Positions 27,601 through 39,818 of a stretch of 64,000 bases of DNA are shown here, piece after piece. The stretch is taken from assembly GCA_964035545.1 (NCBI GenBank), contig OZ037765.1, positions 21,080,995 through 21,144,994 on the forward strand. Direction: 5' to 3'. How positions within the stretch are numbered: the stretch's first letter is position 1; each line of letters begins with the position of its first letter. The notes under the pieces were generated by a model. The model ran no database searches, had not been told where the DNA came from, and was given only the letters and a program-made list of their open reading frames with translations. The position numbers and the translations under genes were made by a program. Origin of the DNA: Bugula neritina. Lineage: Eukaryota > Animalia > Bryozoa.

Positions 27601-30600
27601 GTCAAGGGCAAATGAATTTTACTTGTTTGCATTACATAGGGGCAGGCAGCCACCAGCATGTTGGGCAAGTGCACTGATGAAAATATACACAGCCTTGATG
27701 TCTGCCCATTCATGTAAATCCGACCTAAATTTCACTAGCAATGCAAGGTTGACTAATGGAACAGCATCAAAAACAGACAACCGACAGAATTTAGCTTTTC
27801 GGGCAAGAGTTGTCTACTTTCTGTGTTTTAATAGTGAGATGTAAAGAAAATACGAACAAACAGGATCTATTAGTGCAAATTTACACCCGATTAATTATTA
27901 TAATTTTATCTGCTACCTATTATTTCTATTTTGCACAAGTTACATTAGTTTTAAACAAACTATTTAAAAGATAAATTAAAACAGGCAAATTTTCAAAAAG
28001 TCAGGCTGTGAAAAGTATTTACACAGCAATATATCCTCCAATTAAAGTCGCATATTTTTCAAACTACTTCTAGCTTACCCAGTATCATTTCTTTCTTCAT
28101 GCCAACTACAAAGCATTTGGTTAAGCGGCAGGCAGAGCAGAACCTTCTGGTGTTGGGATCAATATTGCAATTGCCTTGAAACATACATCTGGGGTACTAA
28201 AATATTAAACAAGGGTATGGAATGCATATGAAGATATGGCCTAGCACCTGAGACGCCAGAAGCACCTGAGGCACTCGCATGTGATGATCAGAGTGAGGCT
28301 CATTGTAAACCTTAAATCAGCAGGTTGGAGAATGCAGTCAGAGGTAAAACTATCTACAAAGCTGTCTTCAACAATATATCTTTGGACACAATAGCTAGAA
28401 AGAAAACTGCTATAAAAGTCAAATAGTAACCATTATAGTCCTAAAGCTGCATGTACACAGGCCGATTTTTCATGAAAATCACAGGTAAGCTGTTAGCGAT
28501 TTTTTACGATTTCTAAATTTATCGGCGATTTTTGCTTTTGGCCGATTTTTGAAGCGATTTTCAGATTTGAACATGTTCAATTTATCGGCTGATTTTCTGT
28601 TGAACCAGTCAATCAAAAGGTGGCAGAAAATCATGGCAGCGAGCAAAATTAACACCATTGTTGAAATACAACCAGGAAGTAACCAATACTTTGCTATCAC
28701 TACGATACATCATTTATAAAATACAATTAATTAAAATAACTATCAATAGCAGTAGTAGTAATAACAACGCATTGGTCGTTGTGTAACTTTGAGAAAGTTA
28801 GTTTCACTTTCATGGAAATTCCTTAAACATTGCTCTTTTTTTAAATAGAAAACTAGTATTATTCTTAACTTTTACTCAGGTATGATATAATTTTTAACTT
28901 GTAGTTTATATGTTGTTGTTTTTATATTCATGTAACCAGTATTAGTATGAGTATCTCAACTTTACAATTTAAATATCTTCTTAGAGAACAGAACAGAAGT
29001 TTTCATTAACTATATAAAAAATAACACTTGAGTTAAACTTTTAGTTTTAAACTGAATAGCTTAAAAAATTTGGTAAGTGATGTTAATAGTGTAGCTTAGT
29101 AATCTATGGATAATTATAGATATTAAATATTGTTAAATAAATAGCTACCAAGCCAGCTATTTGCTTTTTAAGTTTAATACTAAAATTAGCCATACATTTT
29201 ATGCAACTTTCAAAGGCAGCAAGCTGTCAACAAATTATACACAGCCAGTTTATTTTATTCAATTTTTATTTATTAGAACATCGGAATAAACACACATATA
29301 TATATACTGTATATAAAAATGCCGAGGTATGTTTACTATGCTAACACACATGCAACTGATCTTGACCTTTGCTCATGAACCTAGAAGAAAGTTATATAGA
29401 CTGAGAGTCATCCACCAATAAAACGCAAGCAGGAAAATAATCGCTTGGATCTATCAGCGATTTTTCAATCAGCAATAGCGAAATGGACAAGTACAAAATC
29501 GGCTGAAAAAATCGGCCTGTGTACATGCAGCTTTACGTAAGAAAACTTTCAACAGGTGACGTGGGAAAAGCATCTCCAGGGGCCAATTAGAGAAAGTCTT
29601 TATAAGCCATGTTAGCAGCATAGTATATATAGAGAGCTCATAGTTTGTGAATGAATTGCAATAAAGACATAATATCTATACATTGTAATTTAAAGGCAGT
29701 CAACACAGTAAAACTTTTTATAAACTTTTATATGAAGAAATATTTTTTTAATTTGATAAAAAAACTTGTGCTTTCATAAACTGTTGAAGCCTTTAACATA
29801 ATGTTTCGGTTGTAAATCAAAATTGAGGAGGTAGTGACAATAAAACCCATATTAGTCTAAAGTGCTATTTGACATGAGTGAAATATAGTGTAATCATCAA
29901 ATGACAAACAGCTAGGTTTTTCCAAATGCTATGGTGATCACAGAATTGTGGCACTTTTCACCAATGAATTAATGCCGAGGCCTATACAGTACGTTTCAGG
30001 TAGTAACATTCTTTTCAAGAGATAAAAAATTAGTCTTTATTTTTTAACTTTTAGCATGTATTAGAATTTAAATGAAGTTCAATTTATTGACTACTTGAAT
30101 GCCTAACCACATCTACAAGTAGGCCATCATATTACATGTATTTCCAATAAATGAGCCCATCAATCTTTTGCAGAAGAATTCCCCAGAGGCCAGCAAACCT
30201 CTGGCTAAGCGGCAGAGAAACTTGGTTAGACAGGAAAGAGTCAACTTACCTTAGCTTTATTCGCATTTCGTCTGAAGAAGGCTTTACAAGACTCGCAGGT
30301 GATGGCATCAAAGTTGTATCCTAGAGCTTTGTCTCCGCACACTGTACATGTTCTCCCCTCTTTCTTGCACTTCATCTTCTTAGCACTTCTCAGTGTGTCC
30401 TCTCCGTCACCTGCTTCTTCCTTCAGTGTTGAAAGCAAAATGAATGCACTTAACAGGAAAAGACTTGCTGGTATTCTATGAGGTCACGTAAGCAAGGAGT
30501 GTGTCATAGGCTGGTGGTATGGTGGCAATACCACCATATCCTTCACAGTCCTTGCACAGCCAGAGTAATCATAATACGTATATAGCGTACAGACTAGTGT

Positions 30601-33600
30601 CCATACAATATTGCATCAATACTTTGAATAATAAACATGTTTATTTCGGGATAGTCAAGCTCTCTTCTTATTGGTGGATTGAATCATTCACATAATTTAC
30701 CATACATTATGTATGAAATTTTTATTTTCCTGTAGCTAGCTAAAACTTATCAAGAGTTTCACAATACAAGCACAAACTTTAATTGAAACCATTTTTAATA
30801 CAAATAGCTTACTAGGCTGTGATAGTATTATAATGGTGATAATTCTAGTGTTTTTAAGTTGAAAATACTAATTTTCGAGTTCTTTTTGCAAAATATTGAA
30901 TCAGCAAATTATAACATGTGTAGAAATCATATTATTTGCAAGTTAGTTAAACTCATCTGCCACTGCAGTTAATAGAAACGAAATATAGTTCAATGAACTG
31001 ATATGCTCAGCTCTCAAGGTCTGAAGGCATATGAGGAGAGCAAATATTATAATCAAATGCTAGAAATAGAAAAATAAATAAGTCAATTTATGAATTAAAT
31101 TATTGTGTAACTATAACACAGTTTAAACGCGTTTAAAAATGTTAAATTTTGTGTTCAGACTAGTAGCGCAGCAGCCATTCTCTCAGTATGCAAGTTGAAC
31201 TTCAATAGAAAAAATTGAAAAAAGGTGCAACAACTCCAAACTGTCTAAATATACAAAGTCCAGCATTGTCAAGGTCTTCCAAGGTCATGAAGTAAAGTAA
31301 CATAGACAAGGCAGCAATAACTACACAACAAACAATGCATCTAGAGTTTCATATAGTGACGATAGACTAATGGACTGGTAGAATATATGTTTAGCAGCAG
31401 TATCCTGTTAGGGACATCCTGTAGTCAACTTTCTAGTACCTGTCAATAGCTTCACAGGTACTTAGCAGTGGCTGATGGTAGAGGCAGGTGCTCAGTTGGA
31501 GGAAAAAATAAAATTAATCCTACGGTGTAAAAAAGTCCCAAACTAAAGCTTCATATAAAAGTAAAACAATTGGAAGAGGGAAAATTTTCAATTGATGCAG
31601 CTGAATAGCAGTTAAATGAGGCAATACAAGTGCAGCTGCTGCAGAGATACACAATGATGACATCATCACACTTACATATTCGGCATCGGCTGAGCCGCCA
31701 TTGGAATGAACCAGCATATCCTGTTCAGACTTGATGTCTAAAGAGTTGATGCTGCCTTCTACCTGAGAGTAGTCCAGCTCCATTTCAATCTGAAAGGGAG
31801 ATACAAACACAAGTAAGAAGATGTGACCAGGTAACGCCAGAGTCAGTCTAGTAGGATACGCACTGTCTGTGCACTCTTTATATAGACAATCTTATATATA
31901 GAATGCCTACTGAGACTACCAATTAGTGAAAAGAAAGAGCACAGCTCCAATTTCAGTAGTAGCTGAACAAGGCACTCAGTAGGAAGTGTCTACAGGAAAG
32001 AGTTGAAAACAAATAAAGTTGTCTTTCTTTTTCAGGGTTCTGTGAGAAGAAATCAGTCATAAACTTATAATCTGTATGATGAGTATGGAAGCACTTTCTA
32101 TCTATACATTGCATAAGATTACACCACCTGAACAGGACAAAGTGCAGATTAAGTGAGGTGAAGATTGTATAAGATTAAACCTTGCGCAGCTATGATACCA
32201 CATCTACGTAGCAAAAGAGATGAACTCTATTTAATGAACCCCGTGAGACATTTAAATACAGTCAGATACAACTTGCAATAAAATATGTTGACATAATAGC
32301 ATCACGAGGGGAAACTCCCAGCAAAGATTAGCAACAACCCTCTTTATATATAACATGCAGTAGTTTGAAAACAAAGGTTCAAACTCACAGTATAAATATA
32401 GTAGACCCAAATCTTGAACTCATTATTTTTAGCCATATGAAAAAATTCAACCTCATCTTATCTTTTCTATTTATCTGATGGCTAAAATGTGCCAAAACCA
32501 TTTATACAATATAAATGAAGGTCATTATCACCAAAGAGCTTGTAGCACCCAAAACCTTTTATATTAAAATTAAATACTTAATCAACATAATAATATACTC
32601 TGAAAATATATCTCACAGTGTATAGAAACAGGCATTGAACCTTTCAAAATGCACATCTAGTTCACTTTAGTCGGACTATATCTTGTTTATATATATCTAT
32701 TTCAAGGTTGGGGTCAATTACATGTGAACAAAATTAATTGCAATTACATGAAAATTTGTCAATTACAATTACAGTTAAAAAGTGATGTAATTAATTACAA
32801 TTACATGGCAATGTAATTAATTACAATTACGATTACTTTTGTTCTCACAAAGTATAAATAGAAGTTATGCAATCACCGGCTTTCCATGTATCGCTCCATG
32901 GAAAGCCGGTGAATCTCACTTCTGCGGTCTAACTACCAGGGGCAATTTTGACAGTGGTGAACCTCCCATTGAACTATAATTATAGTTTCAGTTCAGTGGA
33001 ACCTCCTTTGTTCTCAACAGTGATACTATACTATATTGACTTAATTATTTAGCAGTAGGCATGGTAGGAAAAGTATGAATTTAAGATTTTAAAGTGTGAA
33101 GTAATTGACATGTAATTATAAAGTAATTGTAAAAATCAATTAAATTAGATATGTAATTAATTACAATTACAATTCTATACATCAATTACAAATTACAATC
33201 AATTACTTGAAAAAATGTTATTAATTACAACCAATTACAATTACCCCAACCCTGATATCTATATATATCATGGAGTATCTTGTTTTGATAAACACATTTT
33301 CACGCTAGGTAGATTTAATTACTCATACACTGTATAATGATGATAGCAAAACAGTGTTAGGTGGCCTTCAAGTTTTTAAGAGAAAATTTTTCACTGGAAA
33401 AACTAGAAGGGTTTTATTTAGGATTAATGTTTAAATTTTCAAAAGCTCTCGCTGTTATGAAATATAAAGTCAAGAATATGGAATCATAAAAATGTTTTAA
33501 AAATAAGTATTTATCTATCACTTAAATAAGTCCTTATACTGCTTTAACAAAACCCCTTTCATGGGGGGTTTCTAAGGGATAGCGCCTATAAACTTTCGAA

Positions 33601-34682
33601 AGTTTTTTTTTATTTATTTATCAATCTATCAATTAATTTGATGTTCTGCATATTAAATTTGAATATTAACTAGAATGACCACAGTAAAGTAAAATTTACT
33701 TCAATCAAGATACTTTGCAAGCTTTAAACATGCTTAGGCTGTGAAATAAAATGAGAAAACATATTATACTGATTTTCTATACCAAATAATTAGGATGTTT
33801 GAACCAAAAATAGCAGGATAACACAACTCTGACTTTATAATTATAGCTCGCTGTGCATGTAGGGAGTTGTGTGTATATTACATAGTCGATAGCACATATA
33901 AATTCTACTGCAAAGAAAAGTAAGCATTGTACCTAATCCAATTGATACAGTTTTGTACCAGACTAAAGAAATTGTTCAAAAACACCTTTTATAACACACC
34001 ATACATGTTGATGTAAAAGGAGTAACATGTACTCTTTGTGAAACAATAGCGAAAGAAGGTGATCTAGTATCACAATAGGTCTCTAGTTGTGCTCAACCAC
34101 AATGTACTAGTCTTTATGTTTATAAGCCTAAAGTAACTTTCACATAAAATGTATTGCCATAACAGCCCCAATTGTTGTTAGACAATGCAACAAGCAATGT
34201 ATTTTCTCTACTAAAGTTAGTATCTCGTTTGTGTGTTATGGCCTCAGTGTTACAGAATTGATCTATGAGCAAAGAAAAATATAGCCAAGTTCTGGTGTGC
34301 TATACTAACCAGTATACCGTAGAGATTTCATACCCATAAACTATTTAGAAAGGATTCCCTTCTTTAGGGACACATATTTGTGGACAGACTCTGTATTGAA
34401 TGAGAAAAAGAAAGAGTTTACTTCAGTGTATTCACTAACAAAACACTACTAGCTATAAAGCTAAATACTTGACTAGCTGTTTGGCACAAACTGTTGATTG
34501 CAGAACAGTTTGGTATAACGCACATGATGTTTATTATTTAGGAAGAATTCACAAAGCACTAATCTGATAAACAAGAGACTACCACAATAAACAGGTTATC
34601 AAACCTTAGGAGCAACATGCTCTCTTCTGTCCACACCACACAGATTACTTGGCGGGTCAAATTCTTCTAACGCTTCATTCAT
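18610..34682 (-). CDS. HR96: Nuclear receptor of the NR1J group (HR96/DAF-12/NHR-8-like). Coding exons: 34682-34605, 31789-31676, 30420-30250, 28196-28079, 27308-27145, [24368-24213 optional, TE-derived], 21408-21361, 20700-20583, 20133-19975, 19094-18610
   Basis: C4 zinc fingers [29 protein letters not shown] and [35 protein letters not shown]; the ESCKA P-box is diagnostic of NR1J. LBD signature [22 protein letters not shown] and AF-2 PLLLEVFDL. All exon phases are compatible. The first coding exon ([11 protein letters not shown]...VAPK) is less certain; the exact paralogue name is unknown. Confidence 0.88.
20170..20391 (-). mobile_element. tRNA-derived SINE, family B (internally deleted head)
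   Basis: Reverse strand begins GGCCCCTGTGGTGTAATGGTTAG (tRNA 5' end with A-box), then GTTTAATTCCCAGTGGGGAC (B-box/3' acceptor remnant); anticodon arm missing; 3' boundary approximate. Confidence 0.55.
21513..26149. mobile_element. Decayed Kolobok-superfamily DNA transposon (~4.6 kb) in a nuclear receptor intron
   Basis: TTAA at 21509-21512 and 26150-26153; imperfect TIRs (ACATTCTAGGAATCCATGTTATTT vs reverse-complement AGGAGATAGGAATCCAAGCTATTT); perfect 19-bp subterminal inverted repeat at 21668-21686/25957-25975; KolX-like coding relics on -; weak transposase-like relics (ACEA...NYFPK...IDYNYN) on + at ~23005-23095. Confidence 0.72.
23860..24368 (-). pseudogene. KolX-like accessory gene relic (P2X7 cytoplasmic Zn-binding 'ballast'-like domain); exons 24368-24213 and 24009-~23860; possible first exon ~25680-25591
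   Basis: PVEWC / [13 protein letters not shown] / ITYHPG spread over two frames, and [29 protein letters not shown] (23976-23889), resemble the WC..CC..CIT.HPGF and R..AYR.F..W....LG...R...P.C motifs of this domain; frameshifted. Confidence 0.65.
28445..29532. mobile_element. Non-autonomous DNA transposon, PIF/Harbinger-like
   Basis: Near-perfect ~26-bp TIR AGCTGCATGTACACAGGCCGATTTTT; flanks TAA/TTA; subterminal GCGATTTT repeats; no intact ORF. Confidence 0.8.
29694..29792. mobile_element. Minimal (99 bp) Kolobok-like MITE
   Basis: TTAA|AGGCAGTCAACA ... TGTTGAAGCCT|TTAA. Confidence 0.45.
32703..33254. mobile_element. hAT-like MITE with AATTAC/GTAATT subterminal arrays
   Basis: Ends CAAGGTTGGGGT / ACCCCAACCCTG; ATATCTAT at 32693-32700 and 33255-33262 (near-TSD, 2-nt offset on the left); dense AATTAC motifs at both ends. 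Confidence 0.7.
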
Positions 34683-35059
34683 TTCAGAAAATGCAACAAC
34701 TAGGAATCTGCAAATAAAATGAAGAAAATCTTTGTTAGCAAAAATATTTTCTCTATAAAAAAGTTATAACACAACCAAGCTACATAAAATGCTTTGACAT
34801 TTTTTAAAAATTATATCAAGAATGTAAAAAATTGCAGGCAAAATATTTAGCTTCACTATGATAGCAGTCAGGTGAAAATATGCCTGCTATAAAAAATCTT
34901 TCCATAAAATAATTTACAATACAACCAAGCTACATAAAAGGCATCTAGCCAAAATTTTTTGGATTATTTTTTTTTAAATGATATGAAGTGAACAGTAGAA
35001 AAATAATTTAGACAATATCAACCCATTCATTCAGATAGCTCTAAATATAGATGCTTGCC

Positions 35060-35670
35060 ATTGACATTCATAACGAATCTCCCTATTGACACCTAAATAT
35101 CCATAAATAAACTTAAAATTGATTCAACAAAATTTAGGTACACATAATTAATTTTCTGCATTAAATCATAGCCAAGTTAGCTTGGGGAATATTTATTGAC
35201 TTCTCAACAGCATTTGATACCATAAATCATCAAATACCCTTGAAAAAGTATAAATCTCTCGGAGAATTTTAAAAATCCAATACAACATCTATCTGTCAAC
35301 ACACCACTGTCAATAGCTGTATTTCTAACCCTTTTGAGATAACATGAGATGCACCACGAGGGTTAATTCTTTCCCCTACTTTATTCTCCATTTATACAAA
35401 TAGATTTGATCAACCATACAAATGGTTTAATACCGTCTTGCTTGTTGATGACACTAACTTATTCTTCCCAAGTAAATACCTCAATAATGACATAAATCAA
35501 CTCATAATCAGGCTAGCAAAATTAAGTGACTGGTACAAGACAAATAAATTGACAATAAAACCAACTACATTATAAAAAGCTATGCATACAAACATCGACT
35601 ATTCATCCGTATCCTGTCAAGTGCAAACTGTCAATTTTTTAAGAACTCAACAATAGATGGTAAATTAAAC
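35060..35670 (+). mobile_element. Decayed LINE reverse transcriptase fragment (CR1/L2-like)
   Basis: Motifs GIFIDFSTAFDTINHQI, APRGLILSPTLFSIYTN, LVDDTNL and LSDWYKTNKLTI in the canonical RT order, interrupted by stops and frameshifts. Confidence 0.8.
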
Positions 35671-36339
35671 AGGTAGCTTAGCTCAGAAAAAAATATTTTC
35701 CTGAACTGAAAACTACTAAATTATTTCAATTTGTTATTATTTATCAAGATTTCCTAAAAGCATTATTTAATTCTTTGACTATGATTCATTGTGTCAATCA
35801 ATGGTTATGATGCATTTAAAAATTATTCACAAAAATTAAAATAATTACCAGTGATTCAAATTGTCACTTGGATTAAATTTAATCTAGTAGCATATGCAAG
35901 CTTAAAACAAATATTTTCCTTAAATTATTCAATATAACACCATCAATATTTATTTATTGCTGGTTCTACATATTCTAATAGTTTATACTTCAAGTGAATT
36001 TTTAGTTCATTGGATTATCTTAGTTGGACATTTGCGTTTCAGAAACGGTTTAAATAGTTTACTATTTAATCAAACTTAGTTATTCTGCATACTCTCAGGC
36101 TACATTTTTATTTTAATTGATGATGGCAACACCATTTTTGCTCTCATAAAACTTATAAAAACTATACCAGTTTTGAACTATAGAAATGTGACTAAGATTT
36201 AAATTGCTGCCTATCTAGTAACTATTGGAATTGAAAAAAAATCGATGGTGGTTCTCCCTTCGCAGAATGAGTGTTGATTAACTGATTTGAATCTAATAAT
36301 TCATCTATAAGTAGAAGTATAAAAATTAAGATCAACAAA

Positions 36340-37360
36340 AACTTAATCACTAAGTATTAAGACTAAGTATTACATTTATTAATTATTATTAGTATAACTA
36401 TAACTATTAGCCTACCATTAGTATTAATATTATTATAAGTAGAACTTTTAGTTTATAGGTTCTTTCCAGAAAGTGAGAAACACATAATCATAATAATAAT
36501 CATAGTGAAATTCATATTGATAATATTAATAATTCAATAATAATCTATTATTTATTATTATTATTAATTATAATTATTAATAATAATTTATAACTTAATA
36601 ATAATCTTTTATTTATTAATAATAATAATAATGTTATTATTGTAAACACTTACTCTGTCTCTTACTCCTAGTACAAAATTAATCATATTAAATTTATTTC
36701 TAATATCATATCAATATCAATATGAAAATGGATATGCTTTGAAGTTTGAAGTGAATTTGAATTATCAGTATTACTATCACTATCACTATGTCTATTGAAC
36801 TTCAAGTTTTAAGTTTGATTTGAAGTTGAAATTAAACTTAAAGTAAAACTAAAAGTTAATATTATCAGTTAAGAGTTATCACTGACGCTATCACTAATTA
36901 ATAGTAGTATTAATAATAATAGTAATACTATGATTTACTTTTCGATTATCATTATCATTATGATAAAAGTGATCATGACCATCATTTACATTATGATTAT
37001 CATTAATCATTATGATTATCATTATGTCGAAATTCTAACACTGTAAGTGGAACAGTAACACTAACAGTAAGTCTAAGTGAAAGTGTAACAGTAACTCTAA
37101 GACTAAGAGTAAACGTAAGACTAAGAGTAACTGTAAGAGAGTAAGAGTAAGTCTATGACTATCACTATCAGTATCACTATCAGTGACCATGTCTATTGCC
37201 ATTGCCCATTGGCATTGCAGTTTCAGTTTGTACTCATGGTCTGAGTTGCTACAGTAGTAATTCATCAGCCAAATTTACATTTATATTGCTATTGGTATTC
37301 ATATTCACTGAAATGGAATACAATTATAATGTTGATTCAGTGTTCATATTGATATTCATT
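36340..37360. repeat. Low-complexity 'drifting hexamer' tract
   Basis: 6-nt period in which units change gradually, e.g. GTAACA CTAACA GTAAGT CTAAGT ... CTAAGA GTAAGA ... GACTAT CACTAT CAGTAT. Confidence 0.8.
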
Positions 37361-37369
37361 TATCGTTTA

Positions 37370-37800
37370 CAACAGCAGACTGAGACTGAGTTATCGACAA
37401 TGTTTTTCGCAGGAAACCGCTTTGAAAGATCGACCTGAATAGTCCACTCAGTGACCGAAACCCCAATACGCAAGCATCTATTTAATTTCTTATAAATTGT
37501 TTTTTAAGCATTTATGAAATAAAAAATTGAATAAATTCAAAGCAGAAATTAATGGTAAATAATTTGAGCATTTTTTGTACTTTGACAAAAACGAATTCGG
37601 AATATGCCTAGCGATTAAAAAGTTGTCGTTTCAATAATAGTAAGACAACTCTAAATTCATCAATACCAATGGAGCCGTTTCTTCATGACGGTATTACTTT
37701 GTGTATCAACACATTATAATATTATTCTCTTTGATGCTTTACTATATGAAGTACAAACGAATATTCAGTACACATAATATTTCAACTTGGTATGAGGTAA
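37370..37800. promoter_or_regulatory. Putative divergent promoter region for the nuclear receptor (-) and complexin (+)
   Basis: Local CpG enrichment; the genes are head-to-head; both first coding exons are preceded by splice acceptors (34708-34710 on -, ~39755-39757 on +), implying upstream non-coding exons; + strand donor GAG|GTAACA at 37796/37797. Confidence 0.45.
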
Positions 37801-38601
37801 CATTTCAAATTATTTTAAAGTTTATATACAAGCTATTTGTAGTTTTACAGCTAATTTAGTTAGTATATTGATTTTGCATAACAATGAATATAAGGAAGGC
37901 TCAAAATATTTTCTTATTTGTTACACCATTCTGAAAAATTAGTAGCAAAACAAAACTATGAAGAATGTGAAAAAATTCAGTATTCAATTTAGACTGACAG
38001 TCCAACTTGCTGTGTTAAGTTCACCTTAATCACAATTGAAAATGTGATATGACATTCTTGGTACCTAATAATTGAGCTTTTTAATGCCAAACATTGAAAA
38101 CAAAAAAATGGTAGTTATAGTAAAAAGAAGAGTGAAAGTGCAGTTTTATATAGAAAAGGAACAAATATAATTATATGATACATGTTTGTAAATGAAAGAT
38201 GGTATGAAAATTTTTTTATTATATGAAATATTTTGAGCTGGAAAAATAATATTCCCCATTTGTGATTTTGACAGTTAAACTTAATATGTGCACATGCAGT
38301 TTTTTGGTTTACACAAAACGATAAATACAAATAAATGACAAATTAATAATGTGCCTTTCAGCTATTAAATTTATATTTGATCCAGTGAGCTAATGAATCT
38401 AGGGTATAAATATAGTTTGATGTTATAGGTCTATGTGAGAGGTTATACTCATGCAATTGCAATTGCTTCAAAAAGTGATACTCCATCTCATAAATTATCT
38501 TGAGCAATATAATATTCTTGCATTTGTTGTGTAAAATAGTCGCAACAGGGCAAAGCTCTTCAAATTAATTTGTATCATGGCATATATGGTCGCGTGTATA
38601 C

Positions 38602-38653
38602 ATTATATATATATATATATAAAATATATATATAAAATAATATATATATATAT
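38602..38653. repeat. Interrupted (TA)n microsatellite
   Basis: Directly visible. Confidence 0.85.
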
Positions 38654-39818
38654 AAAGAAAGTATAACATCAAAGCCAGTTTTTATAAGGTACAGCTAAAA
38701 AGTTATGAGCTTTATGCACTTTATTATTATTATGTACATAACTATGCTGTAGTTTCTTCCCTTATAGAGGCAATTACTTTGTCTGACGTGACATTAAATC
38801 CAGTTGTCATGACTAAATTTTACAAAACTTTTCCTCTTTAACGATCTCACATAACTCTTTTGAAACTTTTTTTTTATTTTAAATGTATTAAAGTTTGTGA
38901 AGAGCTAACCTAAATGCACTATAATTAAATATTCTTGCAACACTACATTCGTACTTTAATACACTAAAAGTAATTTCTTTCAGTCAGAACAAGTTCATGC
39001 ATTTGCATATTATAATAATAATGATTTTAGGCTTAAACAATGTTTCTTATAATATATCCATTGGGCTTTTATGTTAAAACTTCAAGGTTTGACATAGAAT
39101 AATCAATAACTTCTGTATATTTCTGTAGTTGGTATGAGCGATGAGTTACAGCTGTGTGCATAGTATTGTGCATATATAATCACAAGCAAGTATGTGTTTC
39201 ACAGTAGCCTGCAACTGTAATGAACACTATTAGATAGTATTGATCTCCAATATTTCCAGTATATAGAAGGCAAACAATCATAATACTAGCTGATGTTGCT
39301 ACAGTCTAAGAGGTCTTACGGGTTAGTAATATTACAAAGAGGTTATTTCTGTGTAAGTCATTTTATAATTGTTATTTGTGTCTAATAATACTAAACTTTT
39401 TGCTCTATTTTAAGCTTTTTCTACAACAATTATAATGATGCTGTTATGCCAGTGCTACTTGCTGAACACCAGAAGAGCTAAATTCTACAATAATTACATG
39501 TTTATAAAATACTTATGTTAGAAGTTTACTAGTAAACCTTTAGATAAGCATTCACTGTAATTATTTTATTAAATTAATTAACATAAGTATAGTGACATTG
39601 CTGATTTCATGTATATATTAGTTTATATCATTGGATTATAATTACTGTTATCTCATATTAAGTTTATTAAACTCTTTTATGCCTTCCAACAGCATTTTTT
39701 TCTAAAACATTGCCAATTTACTTAAATAAACATGTGTTAAATAATATTTTATAGCAGATTAAAACCCTTTTTAGAGAATCCCAAGTTTCCAAGTTTTAAA
39801 AAGTAAACAAGCTTAAAG

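Noticed and set aside
27590-27812. Possible MITE (CAAC...GTTG ends)
   Set aside because: Inverted similarity is too weak to support.
31440-31490. Possible extra receptor exon
   Set aside because: Weak GAG acceptor and an in-frame TGA; no support.
32700-33260. CRISPR-like or prokaryotic repeat arrays
   Set aside because: No repeat-spacer structure; the window is spliceosomal eukaryotic DNA and the arrays are MITE subterminal repeats.
37035-37438. ORFs 37035-37265 (-) and 37196-37438 (+) with hydrophobic, TM-like runs
   Set aside because: By-products of the hexamer-periodic tract (alternating L-x or DTDSDS patterns); no splice or homology support.
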